The notes beneath the pieces were generated by a model that saw nothing but the letters and a program-made list of their open reading frames with translations, had not been told where the DNA came from and made no database searches. A stretch of 56,588 nt of DNA from Verrucomicrobiota bacterium (GTDB lineage Bacteria; Verrucomicrobiota; Kiritimatiellia; RFP12; UBA1067), in contig JAEEHL010000009.1 of NCBI GenBank assembly GCA_016280825.1, positions 1 through 56,588 of the forward strand. Direction: 5' to 3'. This document shows, in pieces, positions 44,310 to 53,300 of the stretch. How positions within the stretch are numbered: position 1 is the first letter of the stretch; each line of letters begins with the position of its first letter. The position numbers were made by a program, and so were the translations under genes.

Positions 44310-47300
44310 TTCCTTTTGCCTTTCTCAAATAGCGGGGCCGCAATCTGCTGAAGCTCCTGGTCGCGCTGCATGGTGGCGAACGTAGTCTTTCCGTCGACCC
44401 TGTACGCCATGACAAAGCTCCTCTCGGCATCCTCGCGCCTGCCGGACCTGAACTGCAGCCGCGCAAGGTCGAGCCACGCCGTATGATCGCCCTGCGGCTG
44501 CATGGTGAGGTACCGCCTGAGCGCAGTCTCCGCGTCGGCGGAAAGGTTGGCGTCCATGAGGATGCGCGAAATCGTCCTGAGCTCATGGGGGTTCGAGGCC
44601 TTGTCTACGAGATGGCGCATGATGTCGCCGGCCTCGGCCACGCGGCCAATGGAATAGTAGCACGTCGCAAGGGAAAGTTTTGAGGCGTCGTCGAGCTTTC
44701 CCGCCCTGAGCTTCGGCTCAAGCTGCGCTATCGCCGAAAGCATTTGCTTCGTGCGCGTCACGTACTCGCGCATGTTCTTTGTGCGCCTGTTGTTCGGGTC
44801 GAGCGCGTCAGTCATGTCCATTAGCTCCAGGACGACGTCCCAGCGCCTGCGCGGGAGAAGCGTCTCCTGCGCGTACCTGAACACGGCCTCGGGCGAGATC
44901 GGGTATAGAAGGCAGGCCTCCCTGTACGCCTGCGACGCGTCGCGCATGCGGTGCTCGCGGGCGTGGAGGCCCGCTATTGCCGAGCGCAGCTTCGAGAAGC
45001 TCTTCTGCGCGGCGAAATCGCGCCTGTACATCGGGTCGTCGAGAAGGCGGCGGACGTACCAGTCCCAGAAATCGGCGTCCTGCGCCGCGCGCTTCTCCGA
45101 GACGCGGCAAGGATCCTTCTCTATCTTCATGACAAGCCCGTGAGGGACGAGATACGCGTACATCCACGGGATGACGTAGCTTTCCTCTATGTAGAAGGCG
45201 CGGTTCGCTTTCTCGTGGTCGAACATCATCTTCGTGAGGATGCCGTTGATCTCCATGACGCCAAGCGCGCCGGTAACCTGCACTCGCCCGTTCTCGATCT
45301 TGAGGTCGCCGTTCGCCGGGCGGACGCCGCGCTGCACTTCGTCGACGTAGATGTTGAACGCCTCCGCGCTGTCCTCCTTCGAGGGTATCCAGATCTCGTC
45401 GCCGTAGAGGTCGCGCTCGACCGACATGTACGTGTCGTCAGCGAGCGCGTTCTGCGTAATGAGATACACGTCGGGGCGGTAGTCGGCGGAGTAGATCATG
45501 TACGTCGGCACGAAACGGCCCGGGTCGGTGCCGCCGAAGAAAAGCGCGTGCTTCTCCATCGCGGGCGGGTACGACGGGTCGGGCAGAGGCTCTTCGTCCG
45601 CAACAAGCTGCTGCTCGATCGCCGAGGCGCCCTCGAGCTGGTATGCGCCGAACTGCCAGCCGAACGTGTGGCCGTTCTGCTCGCAGCCGCCAAGCTCGAA
45701 CACCATCCTGTCGTCGGTCCAGTTCTGGATCACGGGATACGCGAAAGCGACGACGACTGCCACGGCCGCATAGCCAAGCGCGAAGCTCCTGCCGCGCCGC
45801 ACGGCGCACGGCGAATCTGCCTCGGCCCCGCGCACGAGGAACTTCAGGGCGAGCGCACCCGCGAAGACAAGCCCGTACCCTATCCAGAGCGCGATCATCG
45901 CGTGCGACGAAATGAACTTCACCTTCTGGATGAACCCGTCCTGGATGTCGCCCTTCACGTTCGCAAGGAGGATGAGGAGAAGCGACATCATCATGAAGCA
46001 CGCCGCCGCCGCGCCCATCCACTGCCAGAACGTCTTGCGGTGTCTGGCTGAGACGACCCAGTGGCCGGAAACGAACGCAACAGGCACAAAGAAAAGGAGA
46101 AGGTCCGTGAACTGCACCCTCACGTCGCCGAGGTAGTGCATCATCTGCTTGCCGACGAAAGAGAAGAACTCCGAGACGGAATGGAAGCTCGGCACGCCGA
46201 TTGCCTCGTACTGCGCGCGCATGAGGGCGTGCTTGAACCCTTCCCACGTGCGGGGATAGCCCCAGTTCATGGGCGGGTTCCGCAAGTCCGAGACTATCGG
46301 CATATAGACGTAGAACGAAACGCCGAGCTGCGTGAAGAAGACTGCGCCCGCGACGCTGCGGCCGTTCGGAAGCGTTATCCACGCAAGGGCGAGAAGGATG
46401 AAGTTCCACACAACCGGCCACCAGAACCACCACGAGCACGGGTGCGTAAGGCCGTTCATCGCGCCGCGCCCGAGAAGTATGAAAAGCGCGATGTGGAGCC
46501 CGGCGACGGGAATCGCGAACGAAAGGCCCTTCGGCAGGAACGCGCAGATTGCGAAAAGCGCCGCGACAAGCGAGATGAAGACAAGGGTCGACTTCGCCCA
46601 CGGGAACTGTACGCCGTGGTAGCCGAGGTCGCCCGCCTGCGGAACGGCGAGGGCGCAGAAGATAGCAGCGACCGAAAATGCGATGGAGGCGTAGAACCAC
46701 TTGCCGTACCTTTCGCCGGAAAGGGCCGACGCCGCCGCGGAAACTACACTCATGAGGGCAAACGAGGCGAGAACTGCGTATCGCGAAGGCTCGACGAGCG
46801 GGGCAACGGCCGCCGAGACGCCTTCCCACGTGTTCGACGTCGTGAAGATCGTCGCGCCCGCGAACATCAGGACGGCGCCCGCGCCGCCTGTCCAGAGGAC
46901 GCAGTGAATCGTCTTCTCGCCGCCGTCGCGCTTCACGGCGGCATAGACGAGCGCCGCAATGACGAGCACTACAGCAAGCGTCACGAAGAGGCCCGACGGG
47001 CAGCTCGTCGTCGAAAGGACGGGCATGTGCTTGGAGATGGCGTTGGAGCTCATCGCGGCCTCTGCCCTGTAGAGGCAGCCGATCTTCAGCAGCTGCCACG
47101 TAAGCCCGGCTGGAATGAGGTAAACGAACACGTCGCGGAAGAGCCCTATGTTGCGCATGGCGATGATGATCGCAAGCGGCACGATTGCGAAGAGCAACAC
47201 CTGGTAGTTCGTAAGCCCGAGACCGAAGACGAACGCGGTGAAGAAGAGCGTCTTGTCGGACGGGCTTCTCATCCACCTGTAGGAAAGGAGGAAGACCCAC

Positions 47301-47785
47301 ATGAGAAAGAGCGCGTTGAGGGAATATATCTCGACAATCGTCGATTGCGACCACTCGACGGGCGAGAGGGCGAACGTGAGCGCGCCCGCTACGCCGCCAC
47401 CGAACGCGAGCGCGCCCGGCACGCCGGGGGCGTCGCCGTCTTCCGTTATGAAATCGCGCGAGCTCCGGCAGATGAGCATCGCGGTGCAGGCGGCGGCAAG
47501 CGCGCCCGCGACGGCGGAAAAGCAGCTTATGGCCCACGCGGGGGTCGGGTGGCCCATGTACGTCACCCAGAAGAAGACCTTGCAGAATATCCAGCTGCAG
47601 AGCGTCCAGAAAGGATACCCAGGGGGGTGCGGAACGCCGAGATGTGCGCCCGCCGTAGCAAGTTCGCCGGAGTCTTCAAGCCCCACGGATGGACCGAGAG
47701 TGAAGAAATAAACTGCAAACGCCAGGAGGCCGGCCGTCCAGAAGGCCGCCCAGTCAAGTTTCGTAAAGAATCTCTCGTTCTTCAT
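44306..47785 (-). CDS. DUF2723 (glycosyltransferase-like, TMEM260-type) polytopic membrane protein with C-terminal TPR region
   Basis: SGELATAGAHLGVPHPPGYPFW near the N-terminus, more than 15 TM helices and TPR-like helical repeats in the last ~250 aa. Confidence 0.75.
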   Translation of the reverse strand: MKNERFFTKLDWAAFWTAGLLAFAVYFFTLGPSVGLEDSGELATAGAHLGVPHPPGYPFWTLCSWIFCKVFFWVTYMGHPTPAWAISCFSAVAGALAAACTAMLICRSSRDFITEDGDAPGVPGALAFGGGVAGALTFALSPVEWSQSTIVEIYSLNALFLMWVFLLSYRWMRSPSDKTLFFTAFVFGLGLTNYQVLLFAIVPLAIIIAMRNIGLFRDVFVYLIPAGLTWQLLKIGCLYRAEAAMSSNAISKHMPVLSTTSCPSGLFVTLAVVLVIAALVYAAVKRDGGEKTIHCVLWTGGAGAVLMFAGATIFTTSNTWEGVSAAVAPLVEPSRYAVLASFALMSVVSAAASALSGERYGKWFYASIAFSVAAIFCALAVPQAGDLGYHGVQFPWAKSTLVFISLVAALFAICAFLPKGLSFAIPVAGLHIALFILLGRGAMNGLTHPCSWWFWWPVVWNFILLALAWITLPNGRSVAGAVFFTQLGVSFYVYMPIVSDLRNPPMNWGYPRTWEGFKHALMRAQYEAIGVPSFHSVSEFFSFVGKQMMHYLGDVRVQFTDLLLFFVPVAFVSGHWVVSARHRKTFWQWMGAAAACFMMMSLLLILLANVKGDIQDGFIQKVKFISSHAMIALWIGYGLVFAGALALKFLVRGAEADSPCAVRRGRSFALGYAAVAVVVAFAYPVIQNWTDDRMVFELGGCEQNGHTFGWQFGAYQLEGASAIEQQLVADEEPLPDPSYPPAMEKHALFFGGTDPGRFVPTYMIYSADYRPDVYLITQNALADDTYMSVERDLYGDEIWIPSKEDSAEAFNIYVDEVQRGVRPANGDLKIENGRVQVTGALGVMEINGILTKMMFDHEKANRAFYIEESYVIPWMYAYLVPHGLVMKIEKDPCRVSEKRAAQDADFWDWYVRRLLDDPMYRRDFAAQKSFSKLRSAIAGLHAREHRMRDASQAYREACLLYPISPEAVFRYAQETLLPRRRWDVVLELMDMTDALDPNNRRTKNMREYVTRTKQMLSAIAQLEPKLRAGKLDDASKLSLATCYYSIGRVAEAGDIMRHLVDKASNPHELRTISRILMDANLSADAETALRRYLTMQPQGDHTAWLDLARLQFRSGRREDAERSFVMAYRVDGKTTFATMQRDQELQQIAAPLFEKGKRK

Positions 47786-47799
47786 AAATGCGTATTATC

Positions 47800-48591
47800 C
47801 TATAATTCGCAGTCTAAGTCAAGTGCGGCGAAGCGGTCGAAGGCGCAGTCGAGCGCCTCGGCGGAATGCGCGTCCGACGTCAGCACGAACCTGACACCGC
47901 GCTTCTTTAGGATCGAGCGGAAGCGCTCCGACGGGTAGGCGTCGTCGATCCAGCCGCGGGATATGCCGCCGGTGTTCACCTCGACGGGCCTTCCCGTGCG
48001 GGCGAGGACGTCGGCCGTCTTCTCCATCGCGCGCACATACCACGCGGCGGATTCGTCGAAAAACGGGTGGCGCACGTTGAACTTGCGGAACACGTCCGGA
48101 TGGCCAACGATGTCGAAGTCGCACTCTTCGGCCATGCACCTGAGCTGCGCGAGATACGCCTCAACGAGCTTCCTGGGGGAGCCGTCGAAATGCATTGCGA
48201 TGCCCGTAAAGAGTTCGTGCTGCGTGTTGTCGACGCTGACGCACTCGCCGTCCTGGGCGACGACGGAATGGACGGAGCCGATGATGTAGTCGGGCTTCAT
48301 GCAGGAATAGACCTCCCTGTCGGGACGGGCGACGCCCGGTATGAAGTCGGCCTCGACGCCGCAGAGAACCTTAATCCTCCCCTTCAGCCTGCGGCCGAGC
48401 GCCCGCACCGCCCTGGCGTACTTCGGGGCCTTTTCGGCGGTGAGCATCCAGCCCTCTTCGCTCGACGGCAGCATCGAATGCGACGAAAATCCGATGAAGC
48501 CAAACCCCTTCGCGATTGCGGCTTCCGCCATCGTCTCGATCGTGTCGCGGCCGTCGCACCAGGTGGAATGGCAGTGGAGCGTTCCCCTCAC
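47800..48591 (-). CDS. PHP-domain histidinol-phosphatase (HisJ) family hydrolase
   Basis: LHCHSTWCDG, FSSHS, GVEADF, GSVH, GHPD and TSDAH are the PHP metal-binding motifs. The GTG at 48591 forms a GTGA overlap with the potC stop. Confidence 0.75.
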   Translation of the reverse strand: MRGTLHCHSTWCDGRDTIETMAEAAIAKGFGFIGFSSHSMLPSSEEGWMLTAEKAPKYARAVRALGRRLKGRIKVLCGVEADFIPGVARPDREVYSCMKPDYIIGSVHSVVAQDGECVSVDNTQHELFTGIAMHFDGSPRKLVEAYLAQLRCMAEECDFDIVGHPDVFRKFNVRHPFFDESAAWYVRAMEKTADVLARTGRPVEVNTGGISRGWIDDAYPSERFRSILKKRGVRFVLTSDAHSAEALDCAFDRFAALDLDCEL

Positions 48592-49391
48592 GCCGCGCTC
48601 CTCAGGCGCTTGCCCGGGCGGCGGCTCGCGACAAGGCGCGACACGCCGACGAGAAGGCACGTGAAGGCGAGCATCAGGGTTGAAAGCGAGTTTATGACCG
48701 GCATCTGCCGCGAATGCTTGATCATGGAGTATATCTTCAATGGGAGCGTGTCCGCGCCCGTGCCGGTGACGAAGAACGTTATGACGAAGTCGTCGATGGA
48801 GAGCGTGAACGCGAGAAGGCCGCCAGCCACGATCCCCGGCATGAGAATTGGCAGCGAGACGTGGAAGAACGTATAGACGGGCCCCGCGCCGAGGTCGTAG
48901 GCGGCCTCGGTGATCCTGTCGTCGAAGTCCTGCAGGCGGGCGAGCACCGTCATCGCCACGTAGGAGACGCAGAACGTGATGTGCGCGATCATCACCGTCG
49001 TCATGCCGCAGCGCACGTCGAGCGCCGTGAACATCATGAGAAGCGAAATGCCCATCAGTATCTCGGGCATTACGAGCGGCATGTAGACGAGCGCGTAGTG
49101 CGCGGTCTGGAGGCGCCCCTTCCAGCGGTTCAGGGCCATCGCGGCGGTCGTGCCGAGGATGCAGCTGAAAAGCGTCGCCACGCCCGCGACGTAGAGCGAG
49201 CGCTTGAACGATAGCCATATCTCGCGGTTGCGCGGCGAGAAGAGGGCCTCGTACCACTTGAACGTGAATCCCGCCCATTCTCCGCCGAACTTCGAGGCGT
49301 TGAACGAATTCACGATAAGCACGATTATCGGCATGTAGAGGAAGACGAGAACCGCGCAGAGGACGATTAGGCAAGCAGCCGACTTCTTCAC
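48588..49391 (-). CDS. potC: Spermidine/putrescine-type ABC transporter permease
   Basis: Six TMs and the EAA loop EAAYDLGAGPVYTFFHVSLP. GTGA overlap with the potB stop. Confidence 0.8.
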   Translation of the reverse strand: MKKSAACLIVLCAVLVFLYMPIIVLIVNSFNASKFGGEWAGFTFKWYEALFSPRNREIWLSFKRSLYVAGVATLFSCILGTTAAMALNRWKGRLQTAHYALVYMPLVMPEILMGISLLMMFTALDVRCGMTTVMIAHITFCVSYVAMTVLARLQDFDDRITEAAYDLGAGPVYTFFHVSLPILMPGIVAGGLLAFTLSIDDFVITFFVTGTGADTLPLKIYSMIKHSRQMPVINSLSTLMLAFTCLLVGVSRLVASRRPGKRLRSAA

Positions 49392-50332
49392 GACGCACCT
49401 CCCGCCATCCTGCGCGATGTCGCCTCCGCAAGGCGCTTGGCCTCACGCTCCTCCTGCCGCTTGGTGACCCATGCCGCGCCCGCGAGCGGCACGAGGACGG
49501 CAATCGCCATTAGCGAGGCGAGCGCCGAGGCGTGCGGCAGGTTGCGGTCGGGGAACGTGCGCTGGTATATCTTGTTGCCGATAAGCTCGGAGTCGGTGCC
49601 GCCGACGAGGTCCGGGATGACGTACGAGCCGATTGCGGGAATGAACACCATGAGGACGGCGCTCACGACGCCGCGCCTCACGCCGGGAAGGAATATCCGC
49701 CTAAAGGCGAAGAAGCTCTTTGCGCCAAGGTCGCGCGCAGCCTCGATGAGCGAGAAGTCGAACTTCTCCGCCGCGGCGTAGATGGGCATTATCGCAAACG
49801 GCAGGAAGGAGTAGACCGACACCACGAGAATCGCAGCGGAATTGTAGTTGAGCGAAGTCGACTTGTCGGCAAGGCCGAGCGACATCAAGACCGCCTGGAG
49901 GAACCCCTCAGGGTTGAGCAGCGTGCGCCACGCGAAGACGCGCACGATGAAGCTCGTCCAGAAAGGGAGCATTATCATGCCCGCCACGGCAGCGCGCCAC
50001 TTCGCTTTCATCCGCGCAATGGCATAGGCGCAGGGGAGCGAAAGGACGACGCAGAGAAACGTCGTCGCCGCCGATATCCAGAGGGTGCGCCAGACGATCG
50101 CCGGGTAGTTCGGGTTCGCCATCCCTCGCCACGTCTGGAGCGTGAACCCGGGCGCGACGCCGCCGTCGGGCGCAGCGGCGCGAAACGCCATCGACAGGAC
50201 GATTACCGTCGGAATCGCAAAGAAGAGCGCTAGCCAGACGAAGCTTGGGGCGGTCACAAGCCATTCGCCCCTGTTGTTTTTCCTTGGAGTATTCAATTTG
50301 GAGAGCCCTACCTGACGTGGATGATCATGCAC
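49388..50332 (-). CDS. potB: Spermidine/putrescine-type ABC transporter permease
   Basis: EAA loop EAARDLGAKSFFAFRRIFLP. The GTG start at 50332 lies 25 nt inside the 3' end of the giant gene. Later GTG or TTG starts are possible. Confidence 0.8.
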   Translation of the reverse strand: MHDHPRQVGLSKLNTPRKNNRGEWLVTAPSFVWLALFFAIPTVIVLSMAFRAAAPDGGVAPGFTLQTWRGMANPNYPAIVWRTLWISAATTFLCVVLSLPCAYAIARMKAKWRAAVAGMIMLPFWTSFIVRVFAWRTLLNPEGFLQAVLMSLGLADKSTSLNYNSAAILVVSVYSFLPFAIMPIYAAAEKFDFSLIEAARDLGAKSFFAFRRIFLPGVRRGVVSAVLMVFIPAIGSYVIPDLVGGTDSELIGNKIYQRTFPDRNLPHASALASLMAIAVLVPLAGAAWVTKRQEEREAKRLAEATSRRMAGGAS

Positions 50333-53300
50333 GGTCTATACCACTCTATGCCGCCGCGCGTGCCGCGATACGTGAACTTGCTCAGACGCGAGGCGTAGTC
50401 GCCGCCAGTCCATCCCGCGCCGTCCTTGTGAGCCGAGGTCATGACGAGGATCTTCGCATTGTAGAACCTAATCTGCGGGGCAGAAGACTTGAAGATGATG
50501 TCCTTCACCTTCAGCGTGGCCGATTCGCCGGTGAACGACTCGTTCGTGACGAAGAATATGTTGGCAAGGTCGCTTATGACGAGCGTTGCGTTCTTGTACG
50601 CGCGCCGCGGGTCGCCGTCGGCCATCATCGGGAACTGGCAGTACCCTACGCCGTAGCTCGGAAGTTCGTACTGCCTGCCCTCGATGTATATCGTGCCGCC
50701 GTGGTGCCCGTCGCCCGGGAGCTCCTTGTAGATAGTTCCGCCGTGCGTATTGTCGTTGTCGTTGTTCTGCGTGGTGATCGTGAGAGACGCAGAAGGAGAC
50801 CAGTCCGCCCCGGTGCGCTGGTAGACGGCGATTCTCCCCGCGCCCGCCTTCCTTGCGCCACCTACGTTCATGCGCGTCGCAGTCGCCGCCGTGAGAAGCC
50901 CGGTTCCCTTGAGCGTGCCTACCTTGACGAGAATCGAGCCGCCGGCTCCGGGCGAATAGTTGGCATGTTCGGTAGTAGCACGGTGAGAGCGAGCGTCAAT
51001 CGTTCCATTGACCGTAAGATCGCCAGCAACGTCGAGATAGACCGCGCCCGCTCCCTGCCTCGCGCCGCCGGATCCAGGCAGCACCGGCTCGAAGATGGAG
51101 TCGTTGCACGACATAAACGCGCCGTTCCAGGACATCGTGCTGCCGTGCGCTCCGCCGTGATCGAGCGTGGAACTGTTTTTGCCGTTGTCGGTGGGGCCGT
51201 AGTACGGCTCGAAACCGCAGTACGTGAGATATATCTTCGCCCCGCTTTCAATCGTCATGCTACCGTCGACGGTCATGTAGAGGCGCCTTGCAAACGTCCT
51301 TGCATTTGCGGCGTGGGTCAGCGTCGAGCCGCTCTTCATGAGCACATTGCCGCCCACTGCGTTGGGCGTGTCCTTCGAGCTCAGGGTCGCGGTCGCTCCT
51401 TTGTAGAGGATGAAGTCGCCCGACATCGAGACAGGGTATGCGGATGTCAAGGTCGCACTGGCGTCCGTTCCGCCAAGGGTAAGCGAGCGAATGTTCGCCG
51501 CCGCGCCAACCGTCACCGTGACCGAGCCAGAAGCAGGGGCGATGAAGACATCGTCGTCCTCGCCGGGGACCTCGCCCGTCGACCAGTTCTCGGCCGTCTC
51601 CCAGCTGCCGCTGCCTGGCGCAATCCACTCCACGATGTTGCCGCCGAAGTTCCAGTTCAGGGTGTTGCTGCCAGCGCCCGTAGCCTTCACCTCGGCTCCG
51701 CCGGAGGCGTCGCTGTCGCTCACGGTCACATTGCGGACGCGCTGGTCCGCCGTAAGGACGAGCGACCACTGCTCACCGGGAGCCGAGCTTGCGAGGATAT
51801 GTGGCTCGGCCCCGCGAGACTCGATGTTGCACTCGCCGAACTCGAACTCCTCGCCCGCGCCGAAGACGAACCGAAGCGCGTTGGAGGCCACGCAGTAGAA
51901 CCTGTCGGCCGCAAATCCACTCGGGAGCGTCACGCTCCCGCCCGTCTTCTCTACGTACACCTTAGCCGCCGCGCCCGACGCGAAGTCGAGGATGGCGTCG
52001 CCGTCGCCGATGAGGATAATCCTATTGCCGCCGTCGACAATCGCGCCAGCCGAATAGAGGGCGTTCGAGACGAAGAGCTCGACGCCGCTTAGGGAGAGCG
52101 ATGCCCCCGCCTCGTTCGTAATCGAGTTTATGTACAGATCGGAGCCGCTGAGGACAGGATAGTTCTCAAGCCCGCCCGGTATCCTCACGAAGTCGCTGCT
52201 GCGCGGGACAAACTTGCGGTCCCAGTTGCCGGGAACATCCCACTGCGTGTCGTTGCCGCCCGTCCAGACGAAGCAAGATCCCTCGGGAATGTCGTCGTCA
52301 AGAAACGCCCAGTTGTAGTTGCCGCCAACGTCGCCGGCCGCAGATCTGTAGGCAATCGGCATTACGCCCGAGGCGGTGCTGTTCGAGACCGCTACATATT
52401 CGATGCTGGCGTTTGAGAGGTCAGGCCCGACTATGTTGAACGTCCACGTTGCCGCCGTTTCCTCCGGGAAGAGACCAAGCGGCTTGCCCTCCGCGCCAAG
52501 AAGCGCAACCGATCCGCCGGCGAGGTTCCTAAGCTCCGCGCCCGCCGCGAACGAGATGGTCGCCCCGGGCGAATTCGTGCAGTATATGCCGTACGCCTTC
52601 ACGAGCCCGCCAAACGCAAACGCACCGTCTTCGCCCGGCATGAGCTCGATGGCGCCGCCGTCTGCGACCGTGTGCAGGTCGGCGTCTGCGGAAACGCTTA
52701 TGCCGCCCGTGACCTTGAGCGTGACGTCGGCGGGAATCTCAAGCCTTCCGCCGCGCTTCACCGTCACCTTGCCGAACGGCTCGGCAGCGTCTGAAATCGC
52801 AGCGTCGAGGCGGCAGGCCATGCCTTCCTTCGCGGAGGCCCTTCCAAACCCGTCAACGACAAGTTCGCCGCGGTCGGGCGCGTCCCCTGCGTTCTCGACG
52901 TAGACGGAGCCCACGCTATGCGCATTGGCGTTCTCCCCCGTCTCGACCGGCGTCGCAGCCCTAAGTTCGCCCGTGAATCCTGAAAGGTCGCTGGCGGCGC
53001 ACTGCCTGACTGCTATTCGCCCGCCGCCGCCGACGGAAGAGGCGGTGGCAAGCCCGGCGTTCGCATGAATCGCCCCTGCGCCTTCGAGGGCGCCGCACTC
53101 GATCCAGATGCTGCCGCCGGCGGCCGAGGAATACTCAGACTCACCGCCGTTCGCGAATATCCCGCCTTCTACTTCCACAACGCCGTTCGTGGCTACGATA
53201 TGGACGACGCCGCCGCCGAACCCGGATGCGTCGCCGTTTCCGCAGCCGCTCCCTGGCTGGTCGGGGCGGCGTATCGACCCGTAGCAGGAATCCGCCGAGA

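Noticed and set aside
47786-47799. GATAAT 8 nt upstream of the DUF2723 ATG, considered as another leaderless promoter.
   Set aside because: The hexamer is weaker and lacks the TG extension. It abuts the stop of the upstream PHP gene in a 14-nt gap, so co-transcription with the upstream genes is at least as likely.
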